Assembly: GCA_045637505.1 (NCBI GenBank)
Contig: JAZTZO010000045.1
Location: 31,384 to 95,383, forward strand
Direction: 5' to 3'
Source of the DNA: Muribaculaceae bacterium
GTDB lineage: Bacteria > Bacteroidota > Bacteroidia > Bacteroidales > Muribaculaceae
Length of the DNA: 64,000 nt
Under the pieces are notes generated by a model that was not told where the DNA came from, did not search any database, and saw only the letters and a list, made by a program, of their open reading frames with translations. The translations under genes and the position numbers were made by a program. Shown piece by piece: positions 63,625-64,000 of the stretch (within the stretch, counting starts at the first letter, position 1; each line of letters opens with the position of its first letter).

Positions 63625-64000
63625 ATGGAAGCCAAGTATATTGTAGCGATTGAGATAGGCAGCTCAAAGATAAAAGGAGCTATAGGTGTGGTCGATAATG
63701 ATTCATCTCTCAAGGTTATCGCCGTTGAGGAGTGTGAATTTATCGATGGCGTGCGTTATGGATGCATTCAAAATGTTGAAGATGTAAAGACTTGTGTGTC
63801 AAAGATAATATCGGCGTTAGAGTCTAATTCACAAGTGATTCCACAAAAGATAAAAGGGGTATATGTTTCAATAGGAGGACGCTCAACAAAATCTCACAAG
63901 AATGAGATAGAGCGCATCTTTGACGAGGAAACCGAAATAACTCGCGAGATTATTGATGAACTCATTAATCAAGCATATGAAGAGTTCCCAAAAGACAAGC
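63625..64000 (+). CDS. ftsA: Cell division protein FtsA, 3'-partial
   Basis: ATG at 63625 encodes MEAKYIVAIEIGSSKIKGAIGVVD... (actin-fold phosphate-1 motif). The frame is open to the window end. It is absent from the ORF track because there is no stop in the window. Confidence 0.85.
   Translation, partial: MEAKYIVAIEIGSSKIKGAIGVVDNDSSLKVIAVEECEFIDGVRYGCIQNVEDVKTCVSKIISALESNSQVIPQKIKGVYVSIGGRSTKSHKNEIERIFDEETEITREIIDELINQAYEEFPKDK

Overview
64-kb chromosomal segment of a Bacteroidota (Bacteroidales-like) genome. The assignment rests on two T9SS type A C-terminal sorting domains, gldE/gldD-like genes, the sigma54-activator/lptE/secG synteny, the gene order of the dcw cluster, and exact TAnnTTTG -7 boxes upstream of many genes. 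I call about 57 protein genes, two identical tandem tRNA-Asn(GTT) genes and one probable gene relic. I see no rRNA, CRISPR array, transposase, integrase or prophage. Housekeeping content: a dcw cluster rsmH-ftsL-ftsI-murE-mraY-murD-ftsW-murG-murC-ftsQ-ftsA at 51.2-64 kb (ftsA runs off the window), serS, mfd, an S41 peptidase, panB, cobB, secG, a LOG-family protein, a PduO-type adenosyltransferase and ldcA. Parts worth a second look: (1) a low-GC block next to the tRNA pair carrying an HTH gene and four tightly packed secreted/lipoprotein genes with LPP20-like and CsgG/LpoB-like features and no known function, my best candidate for an undescribed envelope system; (2) a PspA-less operon of a TerB-like zinc-ribbon membrane protein, a YdjI-type SPFH protein with a GYF tail, a GYF mini-protein and a small membrane protein; (3) two paralogous giant T9SS cargo proteins built from shuffled Ig/propeller/CBM-like modules, one (2305 aa) fused to an intact-looking Amidase_3 peptidoglycan hydrolase; (4) a glycan locus with three Stealth-family paralogues plus GT2, GT92-like and LpxL-like genes; (5) a GxxExxY nuclease-fold gene embedded in nested direct repeats; (6) unrelated 32/33-bp tandem repeats just upstream of an intact AAA ATPase gene and of an ATPase relic. 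All product calls rest on motifs read from the translations. No database search was run.
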